Positions 28,178 through 40,100 of a stretch of 45,512 nt of DNA are shown here, one piece after another. Position 1 is the first letter of the stretch; each line of letters starts with the position of its first letter. Source of the stretch: an uncultured virus (IMG/VR IMGVR_UViG_2049941000_000100) (Duplodnaviria; Heunggongvirae; Uroviricota; Caudoviricetes); IMG/VR virus record IMGVR_UViG_2049941000_000100; one strand, 5' to 3'. The notes under the pieces were generated by a model that made no database searches, was not told where the DNA came from, and saw nothing but the letters and a program-made list of their open reading frames with translations. The position numbers and the translations under genes are program-made.

Positions 28178-29224
28178 ATGGAACAGAAGATTTATGATTT
28201 AGCTCTTTATGCTGCTAAGCGTGAAGCTCCCGCCGATTTCTCCTATCAGAATGTTGAAGACGCTCTGCGTGGAGAACTTCGCAAGATGGCTGGTTCCGTT
28301 AACGAGTTTATGCGGAATCGCTATGATATCTATGATATTATAATTAAGACTGCTGATGCGGTCATTCCTGAGAAGACTATTGCTCTGCTTGGCCAGTTTG
28401 CTGAGATTCAGAGTGTACCCCAGGGTCAGAAAGTTATGTTTAAGACCCGCACTGGTAAGATGCGCGCCAAGAAGTTCCTGACTCAGGTTGGTCTCTCTGG
28501 TGTATATGAAGCGTTCCGTCTTGATGAGAAGACTTTCGAAATTAAGATGGGTGCTGTTGGTGGTGCGGCCACCATCGACTTCTGCCGCTATCTTGATGGC
28601 GCCGAAGATATGGCCGAGTTAATGGACATTATCGTTGAGGGTCTTAGCGATGCTATTTTCCTTGAGGTTCAGAAAGCCCTTATCGCTTCTCTGAATGTTA
28701 CTCGTCCTGTTGCCACAGTTGTTGACCAGAATGGTTTCGATACTGATAAGATGTTTAAGCTTTGCGCTCTTGCCAAGCAGTATGGCAATGGTGCCGTAAT
28801 CTTTGCGCCTTCTGAGTTCGTTGCTGCGATGGGTCCTGATGCTATCGTTCCCGTTCCCGCTTCTGGCAACTATGGTGGTGTCTATCATCCCCAGGATATT
28901 GATGCTATTCACAATACTGGCTATGTAAATCTGTTCAGAGGCACTCCTATTGTTCAGATTCCTCAGTCCTATGTTGATGAGACAGACACTAAGGTCTGGA
29001 TTGACCCATCTGTCGCTTACGTTCTCCCCACCGGTGGTGAGAAGGTCGTAAAGGTCGTTCTCGAGGGTGAGACCCAGATTAAGGACCATAACAACTATGA
29101 TAATTCTATGGAAATCCATGTTTGGAAGAAGATGGGATGCGCCATCCTCTCCTACAACAACTGGGGCATCTATAAGAACGAAGACATTAGCAATGCTAAC
29201 GTCTACAATCCCTATGGTATATAA
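28178..29224 (+). CDS. Major capsid protein
   Basis: 348 aa, AGGAGG RBS, biased high-expression codons, synteny, terminator after. Confidence 0.85.
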   Translation: MEQKIYDLALYAAKREAPADFSYQNVEDALRGELRKMAGSVNEFMRNRYDIYDIIIKTADAVIPEKTIALLGQFAEIQSVPQGQKVMFKTRTGKMRAKKFLTQVGLSGVYEAFRLDEKTFEIKMGAVGGAATIDFCRYLDGAEDMAELMDIIVEGLSDAIFLEVQKALIASLNVTRPVATVVDQNGFDTDKMFKLCALAKQYGNGAVIFAPSEFVAAMGPDAIVPVPASGNYGGVYHPQDIDAIHNTGYVNLFRGTPIVQIPQSYVDETDTKVWIDPSVAYVLPTGGEKVVKVVLEGETQIKDHNNYDNSMEIHVWKKMGCAILSYNNWGIYKNEDISNANVYNPYGI

Positions 29225-29239
29225 TTAAATTAAATAATT

Positions 29240-29273
29240 TGGGGAAGGAAGAAAACTTCCTTCCCCATTTTTT
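29240..29273 (+). terminator. Rho-independent terminator
   Basis: TGGGGAAGGAAG-aaaa-CTTCCTTCCCCA then T run. Confidence 0.85.
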
Positions 29274-29305
29274 AAATTCTAAGGAGTTAAAAGGAGAATT
29301 CTATT

Positions 29306-29800
29306 ATGGAAGGAAAAATTGTTATTACTAGTACAATTAATGCGCAGGTTGGTATTACATTACCAGACATTCATTTTAAGCACACTTGGGAAAAGCGTGG
29401 AGATAAATTCACAGTAAATCACGATATTTTTGAAGCCATGATGTACAACAATGGCGCGCGCAACATGTTTAAGAAAGGTATTCTTTATACAGAAAACATG
29501 GAAGTTAAGAAGGAATTTGGACTTGAGCCGGAAGATGCGGAAGAGCCCGTTAATATTATTGTATTAAACGAAGCGCAGATGAAGAGATATCTTAGTGTAA
29601 TGCCATTCCGTGATTTTAAGGAAGGTCTTGAAAAAGTCTCAGATGATTAGGTAGTGTTGCTCGCGCAGTATGCGATTACCAATAATATTTTGCCTAGTAT
29701 TGAAAAGGCTATGTATATTAAAGACCGCGTAAATATTAGTATTTTAAAAATTATCGAAGAAAATTAGAAAGACGCTGTAGAAGATAAAAAGGAGGCTTAA
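29306..29800 (+). CDS. Hypothetical virion-module protein (TAG=Gln)
   Basis: Reads through TAG 29648 and 29765 to a TAA abutting next gene. Confidence 0.75.
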
Positions 29801-29803
29801 TAT

Positions 29804-30232
29804 ATGACTCCGTATGATGTAGTGTACGATGCGTTCTTATCTAAGATATTAGATGATGAATGGGGTTATTGGACCGAGGAAGAGGTAAAATAGGACCTAC
29901 GTGCATTACTAGAAGGCGCGATACCTTGGTTTAAGTTTCCAAGAACTTCTTTTAGCCGAGGGGACTACGGCTTTGATGAAGATTTAAGTAACGAAGAAAT
30001 TTAGATTTTAGCTACTTATATGAAATGTGAGTGGCTGAATAGGACTATCTTAACTTGGGAAAACGTAAAGCCGCTCTATGAAGAGAGAGATTTTTCTTAG
30101 GCTAATCTTTTAGCTAAATTTAAGCAAATGCTTGAAGCAGAAGAGTATAAAGCCTTAAAATTAGAACGGATTTACTATCGTTCTTACGATAGTAAACCGT
30201 TTGACTTCCAATCTTTAGCGGGTGGGCAGTAA
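29804..30232 (+). CDS. Putative head-tail adaptor (TAG=Gln)
   Basis: MTPYDVVYDAFLSKI...L...EI[Q]ILA..M..EW...DFS[Q]ANLL; AGGAGG RBS; synteny. Confidence 0.7.
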
Positions 30233-30233
30233 T

Positions 30234-30464
30234 ATGGAAAAAGGTAATTTAATCGCAGAAGGTTATTATAATAAGTTAAAAAATAAATATTTTGGCTTAT
30301 TATGNNNNNNNNNNTCTATTGTTATTGAACTGTCTGGTTTCCCTGAAGAAGATAGAACTATAAATTGGATGGAATTAGTAAATAAGACTAATTCACTTCG
30401 TTATCTAGATTACGAATATTTTCGTAAGACCATATTTGAGTGTATGGGATTACTTTCAAAATAA
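30234..30464 (+). CDS. Hypothetical protein (gapped)
   Basis: ORF between neck genes, ends FRKTIFECMGLLSK. Confidence 0.65.
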   Translation: MEKGNLIAEGYYNKLKNKYFGLLXXXXSIVIELSGFPEEDRTINWMELVNKTNSLRYLDYEYFRKTIFECMGLLSK

Positions 30465-30467
30465 TAG

Positions 30468-31220
30468 ATGAGTTATTTTGAAGATATATATTTAAAAAGG
30501 TTAAATAGATATGGTTTAAATTACTAGTGACCCTTGGGTTATNNNNNNNNNNNNNNNNNNNNNTAGACTTAGCGTGAGAAAATGTTTGAATAGTTATTAC
30601 TAAAGAGTGTGTATAGGATTGACTTTGAATATAATGATGGGGTTGAGCCTGGGCTACTTGAAAGGTATAAACAAGATGAAACTGAAACTCGCGCGTATCT
30701 GTTAACTAGAGTAAGTCTTAACATTCCTAATGGAACTATTCTCTATCTTCCAAATAAAGATTAGGAATTAATTCCTTGGATGATTTATTGGTTAGAGAAT
30801 ATAAAAGCAAGTGGATATAATCGTTATGTCCTTTTAAAAATGACTCATACGATTACTTGGTAGAGAGAAGGAACTACATATTCTACTTTAGCTTATTTTT
30901 ATGGCTAGGAAGATAATATGTTGAAAGATGAAATTCGTTCTCGTAGTCGTATGGATACTATATACTCTGAAAATCTTAAACTTAGTTTTATGGTTATTCC
31001 TACAAATGGAGATTTAAGGAAAGATGATTATTTTGAAATCGGTGAAGGTAAGTTATTAGAAGCTTATAGAGTTACTGGTTATGATAGATAGTCTACTCCT
31101 GGGGTTGAATATGTAAGTATTGACCCAATTTATATTTATGACCATTCAGAGCCGCCCACTCCATAGCCAGGAGAGGATATGGATTAGTATTATTGGTTAT
31201 AGAAAGGTGGTGAGAGTTAA
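30468..31220 (+). CDS. Putative neck/head-closure protein (gapped, TAG=Gln)
   Basis: Frame open 30564-31220 apart from TAG; 5' part disturbed next to gap. Confidence 0.65.
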
Positions 31221-31711
31221 TGGGAGTAAGAAATTGCGCGGATATTGGCGATAATTTAATGAAGATAATGAAAAGATTATTAGCCAATCAAAATCTTTTA
31301 AAACTTTTATATTATACTGATAAAGACCCATTAAATGGTGAGGATATAACAGACGAACAAATTTAGGATGAAATATTTGAGAAGTTTGTTAAAATTATTC
31401 CAAGAGTAGGTCCGAAAGATACAGCGCACTCTGTAGTTACTATCCGTGTTACTCGTGCGAGATAGGATTCGAATAATAATGAATTTAAAGATGTACGTAT
31501 TAATATAGAGGTTTTTGTGCCACTTACATAGTGGATTATAAAAGATGTACAATTGCGGCCGTTTGCTATTTTAGGAGAAATACAAAGTTCTTTAAATGGA
31601 AAAACTATAAATGGTTTAGGAAAATTAACTGGTGGGGATTTTGATTTAAATTTCTTAACAGAAGAAATATCTGCATATGAGCAGTATTTTTATTTAACTT
31701 CTTATGATTGA
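31220..31711 (+). CDS. Putative tail-completion/terminator protein (TAG=Gln)
   Basis: NQNLLKLLYY...LRPFAI...GLG; TAATG overlap; TGA stop. Confidence 0.7.
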
Positions 31712-32433
31712 GTCATTTCTTAAAATACCTTAGAAATTTTAGACTATATGTACGATTTACCCACCTACGGTTAATGATGTTCTGAGAGAAGAAACAAAAT
31801 AGTTAGTAAATCTTTTAACTATATCTTAGGAAGAGATAGAAGATTATTTTGTTGATAAAGTGGATAATAAAGGTTAGCCTATTAATCCACCAGACCCTTT
31901 TACTTATTTATTAATGAACGCGCAATACAATAGTGAGTTTAAATAGAAAGTAATTGATAGTTTTTAGCTTTATATACATGAACCAGTTACTATACTTACC
32001 GATTAGGGGGTTATAATAGTTGGAGATTTATAGAAAGAAGTTTTTNNNNNNNNNNATTATTAATAAAGATAATTTCTTTGAATTTCAAAATGCTTTACGA
32101 CGCGCGTGCGGAGATAAAGAATTAGAAAGACCTAATCCAAATGAAAATCCACGTATTAAGTAGATGAAGGCTAAGGCGCGTTATCGTGATAGAATTAAAG
32201 CTAAGAAAGGAATTGGAATCACTTTTGAAGAAACTTTGGTTTCAATTTGTTGTATGGGTATTGGATTAAATCCACTTAATATCGGAGAGATTAGCTATGC
32301 GGCGTCTAAAAAGTTAGTAGAGAAATATCAATAGAAAGAAAAGTATGATATTGATATTAGAAGTTTACTAGCTGGCGCGGATAGCAAAAAGATTAAAGTG
32401 CAATATTGGATGAATAAAAACAACGATAAATAA
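31704..32433 (+). CDS. Hypothetical tail-module protein (gapped, TAG=Gln)
   Basis: IYPPTV...LLAGADSKKIKVQYW; TAA stop before tail tube RBS. Confidence 0.7.
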
Positions 32434-32451
32434 AATAGGAGGCTATAATAC

Positions 32452-33324
32452 ATGGCTAGTATTTTAGACCGTTATGGTATTAAAGAGGTTGCTGACGTTA
32501 CCTTCTATAAGATTAAGCCCGATGGTACTCAGGGTGACCCCGTATTATACCTTGATACATTAAAAGTTTCTACTATTGAGCAGACTGCTGAATCTGTTGA
32601 CGCTCGTGGTGGTAAAGGTAATCCTAAGCTGGTAACTTGGGATTATGGTAAGGAAATTACAGTATCTATTGAAGATGCTCTTTTCTCTGCCAAGTCTATG
32701 GCCATTATGTTTGGTAATGGTATTGCTACACCTAAAGCTAGTGGTACAGTATCTCGTACAATTATGGCTCGTGTTATTGATGACACTACAGATTATATCG
32801 ATTATATTCAAGTTGACCTTTATAATTCCACTACTCATACTTCTGAGCGTGTTAAGGTTGATATGAAAGAAACCACTACAGCAAGAGCCAATATGATTCT
32901 TTTCTCTGCCGCCGTAACAAGAGGCTTGAATGTTAGAAAAGTTACCGGTGAAGATGGTACAGTATTGGGAAGTGCCAGTGATACCGCCACTATGGGTTTA
33001 GAGGCAATTAACACCGCTATTGCTAGTAAGGGTGGTCAGAAGGTTTTAATTGACTATACTGTTCCTGCTGATAAGTCTGAAATTGTTATTTCTGGTGATA
33101 CATTCCCTGGTACTTATTATGTACAGGGTGATACCTATGCTCGTTCTGATGTTGATGGTAGTGACCAGTTCTTCCAGTTCATTATTCCTAAGGCTAAGAT
33201 GACTTCTGAGAATACAATTACTCTGGAAGCTGAAGGTGACCCTGCTGTATTTAATATGAATCTTACCGTTCTCCGTCCTGAAGATGGTGACATGATGAAG
33301 CTTGTACAGTATGACCTGAAGTAA
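32452..33324 (+). CDS. Major tail (tube) protein
   Basis: 290 aa, AGGAGG RBS, ARGGKGNPKLVTWD and IPKAK...TLEAEGDP motifs, terminator after. Confidence 0.8.
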   Translation: MASILDRYGIKEVADVTFYKIKPDGTQGDPVLYLDTLKVSTIEQTAESVDARGGKGNPKLVTWDYGKEITVSIEDALFSAKSMAIMFGNGIATPKASGTVSRTIMARVIDDTTDYIDYIQVDLYNSTTHTSERVKVDMKETTTARANMILFSAAVTRGLNVRKVTGEDGTVLGSASDTATMGLEAINTAIASKGGQKVLIDYTVPADKSEIVISGDTFPGTYYVQGDTYARSDVDGSDQFFQFIIPKAKMTSENTITLEAEGDPAVFNMNLTVLRPEDGDMMKLVQYDLK

Positions 33325-33340
33325 ATTAAATTATTAATTT

Positions 33341-33378
33341 AAAAGGTGGAGGAAGGAATTCTTCCACCTTTTATTTTT
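33341..33378 (+). terminator. Rho-independent terminator
   Basis: AAAAGGTGGAGGAA...TTCTTCCACCTTTT then T-rich tail. Confidence 0.8.
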
Positions 33379-33394
33379 AAGGAGTTATAGAGTT

Positions 33395-34115
33395 ATGGCA
33401 GCAAATGAATTTAGTCTGAAAGAATTATATGATGTGAGCTTAAAGGCTACTTATCCTATAGAGATAGGTGGTAAGGTTATTGAAACTGGAGAAATAATTG
33501 CCTATTTTGATAGTATATAGATTTCAAATTTTTAGGAAATAAAGTCTTATGTAACTGCGCATGGTGGTTTTGATGACCGCGCGCATGTATGGTGGGAAAC
33601 TACAAAAGAAGTAAACTTTACTATGGAAAGGGGAATATTTTCTAAAGTTCAGTTTGCGCTTTTAAGTAATTCTAAATTAGCTAATATAGAAGAAGAAGAG
33701 AAAATATTAATTCCTATTAGAGAAGAAATAGAAACGAATGAAGTAGGGCGTTTTACTTTAAAATACTTCCCAGTTGGACAATTTTTTGTATATGATTTAG
33801 ATACTGGTGAAAAAATAAATGCTTTTCGTTTTTNNNNNNNNNNGCGTAGTAAATATCGGTCAAAGACTTATTAAGGGATATTTACGACTTGAAGGAAGAA
33901 CAAAGATTAAGGACGACGTAACAGGTCAAACTCATACAGGAATAATTATTATTCCAAAGTTAAAGTTAATGTCGGATTTATCTATGCGTTTGGGAGAAAA
34001 TGCAACCCCGATGGTGGGGTAGATTCGGGCGAAGCTTTTCCCGGAGGGAGAGAGAACCGATTCAAGAGTTATAGAGATGTACTTCCTTAACGATGATATA
34101 GATAGTGATATGTAA
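33395..34115 (+). CDS. Tail-tube paralogue (gapped, TAG=Gln)
   Basis: N-terminus and IIIPKLK...L.LGE.A.P align by eye with major tail protein. Confidence 0.7.
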
Positions 34116-34119
34116 TTAA

Positions 34120-34158
34120 GTTGACATTAACTTTAGAGTTAATGTCAATTTTTTTATT
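34120..34158 (+). terminator. Terminator-like hairpin before tape measure gene
   Basis: TTGACATTAACT-ttag-AGTTAATGTCAA then T run. Confidence 0.65.
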
Positions 34159-34175
34159 TAGAGAGGTAAAAGGAT

Positions 34176-37100
34176 ATGAATTAGAGGTATAGTATAACTA
34201 TTGATGTAGGGGCAGATATTTCAAAAGCTCGCGCAGCAATGGGAGACCTATAGAAAATTTTTAATACATAGAATTTAGGCGCTGGTCAATCTAATAGACT
34301 TGCTTCTATGTTTACTGATTTATCTAAAGCATTAGATGAATTAGAAAATAAAAGTGGGAAAACTTTTTCTTCTTTGGGAGAAATAAGAGGTATAGATAAA
34401 ACAAAGGATAAGGTTAGTTCTTTAATTGATGATATTGCTCGTGAATTTAATAAATTAGAAGGAATGGGGGATACAGAACTCGGTAAAAATTTTAAAGGAC
34501 TGGCAGACAATTTAGCTAAAGCTGGAGAAGCTTTTAAAACTTATGAAAGTTCAATGTCAAAAATTAAAAATAGGCAAAATGAACTTAGTAAGTATATAGA
34601 AAAGACTACTAAAGAATATGAAAAATAGAAATAGGTTTAGAAAGCATATAGAGATTTTAGAAAAGACTTACCAGAAGAAGCTAGAGGAAAATAGTAGGCA
34701 GGAGTGAGAGCCTATCTTAATAATTAGTTAGACATCGCTTAGAAAGAAAATAAAAAAAGATAGGAAGAATTAAATGATTATATTAATTCAAAAGGTTTAG
34801 GTAATGATGTAATCACTAAAACCGGAAGTGTAAGAAAAAATCAAGAATATAGTGATGATGAAACTTTAAATAAGTTAGCTTCTAATGCGAAAGAAGCTCA
34901 AAGTGCCTTAGATGGATGTACAAAAAGNNNNNNNNNNTTAAACGATTTTAATAATATCACAAAAAATTTAAAATCTGAAAGTGAATTTAAAAAGATTGGA
35001 GATAGTTTAAAATAGGCTCAAGAAGAATTAGCTAATTTAACTAGCGGGAAATTAAGTGAAGATGCTTTTAATAATTTAAAAACTTCTTTGAGTAGTGTTT
35101 TTGGAGAAGAATTATTTAAAGATATTCAAAATTCTGAAAATGCAGTTGATTAGTTTAAAGAAAAAATAAATTCTATTTCAGCAGATAAATTAAATTCGTT
35201 AAAACAATAGTTTCCAGAAATTATTTCCTTGTTAGAAAAAATGGGAACTGCCGCGCGAGGCGCTGGTTAGAAAATTGACGAAGGTTTAGGAACTGCCACA
35301 AAAGCAGAATAGATGGGAAAAGAAATAGATGTTCTTGGTTCTCGTCTTAAATACTTTTTCTCTCTTGCTGGTGGATTTAATTTAATGCGGCGAGCAATTC
35401 GTTCTGCAGTTACTACAACTAAAGAATTAGATGCAGTAATGACATAGACCGCAGTGGTTTCTGAATATACGGTTGGTGATATGTGGAAAATGTTACCGCA
35501 GTATAGTAAAGAAGCTAAGAGATTAGGTACTGTTATAAAAGATGTATACGGCGCGCAGACCTTATATGTGCAACAAGGTCTTAATATGAATGATGCCATG
35601 GATTTAGGTGTTGAAACCTTAAAGATGGCGCGAGTTGCGGGAATTGGTGCAGAAGAAGCAACTAATTCCATGACTGCAGCACTTCGTGGTTTTAACATGG
35701 AATTAAATGAGTCTAGTGCTGTTCGTATTAATGATGTTTATTCAAAACTCGCGCAAAATACAGCATCTAACGTACAAGAAATTTCAACCGCTATGACGAA
35801 GACTGCGGCGCTTGCTAATAGTGCTAATATGTCCTTTGAAAATACTGCGGCTTTCTTGGCAACGATTATAGAGTCTACTCGTGAAGGTGCAGAAACTGCT
35901 GGTACTGCGGTAAAAACGGTTATTGCACGTTTTACAGAAGTTAAGAAACTTTATGATGAAAATGAATTAACTGGAACTGATGAAGAAGGTCAAGAAATTG
36001 ACGTAAATAAGATTTCTAAAGCCTTGAGAACTGCTGGTATTAATATGAATGATTTCTTTACCGGCGCGAAAGGACTAGATGAAATATTTATGGAACTAGG
36101 TAGTAAGTGGGATAGCCTTACTACTGTACAACAGCGTTATATTGCTACTATGGCTGCTGGTAGTCGTCAATAGTCTCGTTTCTTAGCTTTAATGCAAAAT
36201 TATAGCCGTACTGTTGAATTAACATAGATGGCGTATAATAGCGCGGGGTCTGGGCAAGAGTAGTTTGAGAAAACACTTGATTCATTAGAAGCCAAAATTA
36301 ATAGATTTAAAGATACTTGGGATACCTTTATTATGGGTATTGCTAATAGTGATTTAATTAAAGGTGCAATTGATTTTGGTACTGATTTTTTAGAAATATT
36401 AAATAATATAGTTAATGCAATATCTGGTAGTAATGGATTAATAAAGAGGATCACTTCTATCGGGTTGGCGGTANNNNNNNNNNTTGGCGGTAGGTGGATT
36501 TAAAATAGCTAGAAGCGTTCTTGGTAATGGAGGACTTTTAGGTTCTATTATATCTGGTAAAGGTTTAAAAGTTGGAGAGCAATATGGCAAGACTTTTACG
36601 AAAGGATTAACATATGCTTTAAGTAAATAGGGCCGCTAGGAAGGATATGGTTTGGGTAACTGGGCATATTAGGCCTTTAAAGTTAATAAGACCGGCTATT
36701 TGGATGGAATTACTAAAGAGAATGCAGCTAGTATAGAATAGGCTTATAAAGATTATGATTAGAGGATAAATGAAATAAATCTTAAACGACAAGAATAGAA
36801 GTATTCGGATACGTTAAGTTAGTAGAAATTTGATAGAGATACTATTCAAGAAAGAAAAAGTTTTCAAGAAAAAACTGGATTAAATGAAAAATAGGCATAG
36901 ACCGTTATAGATAATAAAGGAGTCTAGTAGACTGTTAAAGATTATAACGCACTTGGCAATGCTGCATTGCTTGCTGGTACTGCAATTTTCACTGTAACCG
37001 CAGCGCTATAGTCAAGCGGTGCGATTGGTGAAAAAACTGGAGGCATTTTTAAGAGTCTTGGCGCTGGCTTAATGGCAATGGGCGGCGCGGTAAAAATTAT

Positions 37101-40100
37101 TACTGCGATAGGCGGTGCTTTTGCTTCCTGGGCTGGACCAATAGGTATTGCTATAGGATTAATTACTGCACTTTATGGTGTTTATGATGCTCTTAATGAA
37201 TCTCCCACGGAAAAATTTGATAGATTAAGTGAGGAATCTGAAAAGATTAGTTAGACCGTAGAAAAATTAGAAGGTAAAATAGGAGATTTAGAAAGTAAAT
37301 TTTCTAGTATTACAGAATAGGAAGATGCTTTCTCAGATTTAGTTTTAGGTACTGAAGAATGGGATACTGCGGTTTAGAATCTTAATCAATCTATTTTAGA
37401 GCTTGTTCGTTTGTATCCAGAATTAGCGGATGCAGTAGAATTTGTTGGTGGAAGATGGCAATTAGATATAGATAAATATTAGAAGTTTTTAGATGATTAG
37501 AAAGATTTTTTATTAAGAACTTAGTTGATTGAAAGCGCCGGTGAATTAATTACCGCACAGGCAGAATATGAAAAAGATACTACGCATGGTGTCGGAAAGA
37601 AAATTAGAGAAGGAACATATTTAGAAAATTTTAAAGATNNNNNNNNNNATAGTCTATGGGTATGGACTTGATATTAATGATTAGCAAATTGAAGTAATAA
37701 ATAAAAATCTCGCACTTGGTACATATGATAAAATAATTGAAGAAATTTATAATGCTTTATTAGAAGGTAGCTTGTCTTTAACTGATAAATTAACGACTAA
37801 TTTACAAATGATAGGTACAAAACTTGGTAATTCTTCATTTGGTACTTTAGGTAGTGAGCAAGTTATAGCTTAGATTTTTACATAGGATAGAGAAGCTTTC
37901 GAAACAGCTAGAAAATATAACCGTGCAGCGGAAAAAGCTTAGGCAGTCACTCGTTCATAGGCTATAATTAATGGTTACCAATAGACTACTGCGTCAAAAG
38001 ACACATAGTATTCTTAGTTTTTTTCAGAGTATGCTGGGGCTTTATATGATAGTTTTATAACAACGTTATCTGAATAGGCTATTGCTGAAGGACAAAAAGA
38101 AATAGAGCAAGATTATCTTTCTAAACATAAAGTTACTTTAAAAGATGCATTAATAGCAGAGTTTGGAGAAATTGATGACACTTGGTATGAAGAATATATA
38201 AAAAATCAAGTTGCGATAAATAGTTTTATAGAAAAAATTAACGAAAGTTATAATAATTTTATACAAAGCGCTGAAAAAACTCCAGAATTGACTTCTTTTT
38301 TATCCGAAGGCTTTAAAGGTCTTAAAGTTGATACAACACCAGAAAAATTTGTAGAGTAGTTAANNNNNNNNNNNNNNNNNNNNNNNNNNNNNNNNNNNNN
38401 NNNNNNNNNNNNNNNNNNNNNNNNNNNNNNNNNNNNNNNNNNNNNNNNNNNNNNNNNNNNNNNNNNNNNNNNNNNNNNNNNNNNNNNNNNNNNNNNNNNN
38501 NNNNNNNNNNNNNNNNNNNNNNNNNNNNNNNNNNNNNNNNNNNNNNNNNNNNNNNNNNNNNNNNNNNNNNNNNNNNNNNNNNNNNNNNNNNNNNTCAACT
38601 GGATGGGAAGACTTTTATGGAAAAATTAATGCAAATCAATATAAAAGCTTACTTCCTACAAAAGATTTGACTTATGGCCAATTAGAAGGATTAAATACTT
38701 TATATAGTGGCGTAAAAATTCGTGGTGGTAATCTCGAAGAAACTAGTAAAATTATTAATGAAGGTATTTTATCACAAGCTAAAACTGATAATTTACAAGA
38801 TGTATTAAATTTAATTACAGGAACGGATTTTTCTTCTATCACTAATATAGACAATTATTTACGACNNNNNNNNNNTTTAATGAATATGTTGTTAATACAA
38901 TTTAGAATGAGTTAAAGAGTGTAAGCGAATCTGTTGAGGCTGGACAAAAAGTTAGAGATGGTTTAAATGATGTTTAGAAAACTCTTATAGAAACTATTTT
39001 AACGTCTACAGAAGAAGAATTTAAAAATATTGAGCCGGGAAAATTAGATGAAGCTTTAAGCTCTTTAGGTTTAGCTCCTTCTGAATATACTACTAATGAA
39101 GAAAAACGAGCTGCATTAGAATATGCATATAGCCCATATGGAGTCTAGGGTGCTAATTTAGCAACTGCCGAAGAGCTCTAGTAGTAGTTAATTAATGAAC
39201 AAACTCGTGGATATAATTAGATTATTTCTGCGCAAACATTGTTAGATTAGATTTCAGCCGGCGATGAGGCTGCAAGGTAGGTATTAGAAAGTAGGGTTAA
39301 AGAACTTGGTACTGGCGAAGAGTACATGGTATCGAAAGATGTTGTTGAGCTTGGAAAGGAATATGAAGATGTTCTTAATGCTCTCGCAATAGATTCTAAT
39401 AAAGCAGTAAAAAGTTTTGATAATTTAACTTAGGTTTATAAAGAAAATGCAGATGCACTTAAAGTAGAGAATAAAGGTACTAGAGAATACGGTATAGCTT
39501 TAGCAAACTTAACAAAAAGTGTTAAAGTTGCTTTTGGAAATAATGATAAAATAACTGAAGATTTTGTTGATAATAATTTAGATTTATTTAAAGACTATGC
39601 GGATGGTGTAGAAGGTGCTGAAGATAGAATTCGTCAAGCTATGATGGACGAAGGAATAGCAAATGTAGCCATTCAAAATTTAGGTGATTTGCAAAAAGCA
39701 ATTGATAGTATTGATGGGTCGCAATTAACTATTAATGGAACTGCTGATTGTAGTCAGGCTTTTTCAGAATTAGCCAATGTGGTTGGTAGTGCAGAAGAAG
39801 CTGCTGCGGCGATGGAATCTTTAGGATATTCAGTTACTTGGGAAGCAGCTGGTACAATAGTTGATGAGCATGGTCAAACTTATACGAATTATCGGGCTGT
39901 TGTAAGCGATAATGTTGGAAAAGCTGTAAATCGCAATCGCGCGGGAGGCGGTGGCGGTGGAGGCGGTGGAAGTAAAGAGTTCAAAAATGACTTCGATAAA
40001 TATTATAATCAAGTCGAAGACATTAACGAACTTGAACGCCAACGTAATCTCCTCGAAAAAGACTACGACCAACTTCTAAAATCTGAATCTAAATCTGGCA

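Noticed and set aside
30525..30542. In-frame TGA at 30528 as second recoded stop
   Set aside because: Lies in a few odd bases next to a gap. TGA acts as a normal stop at 3728, 8412 and 31711.
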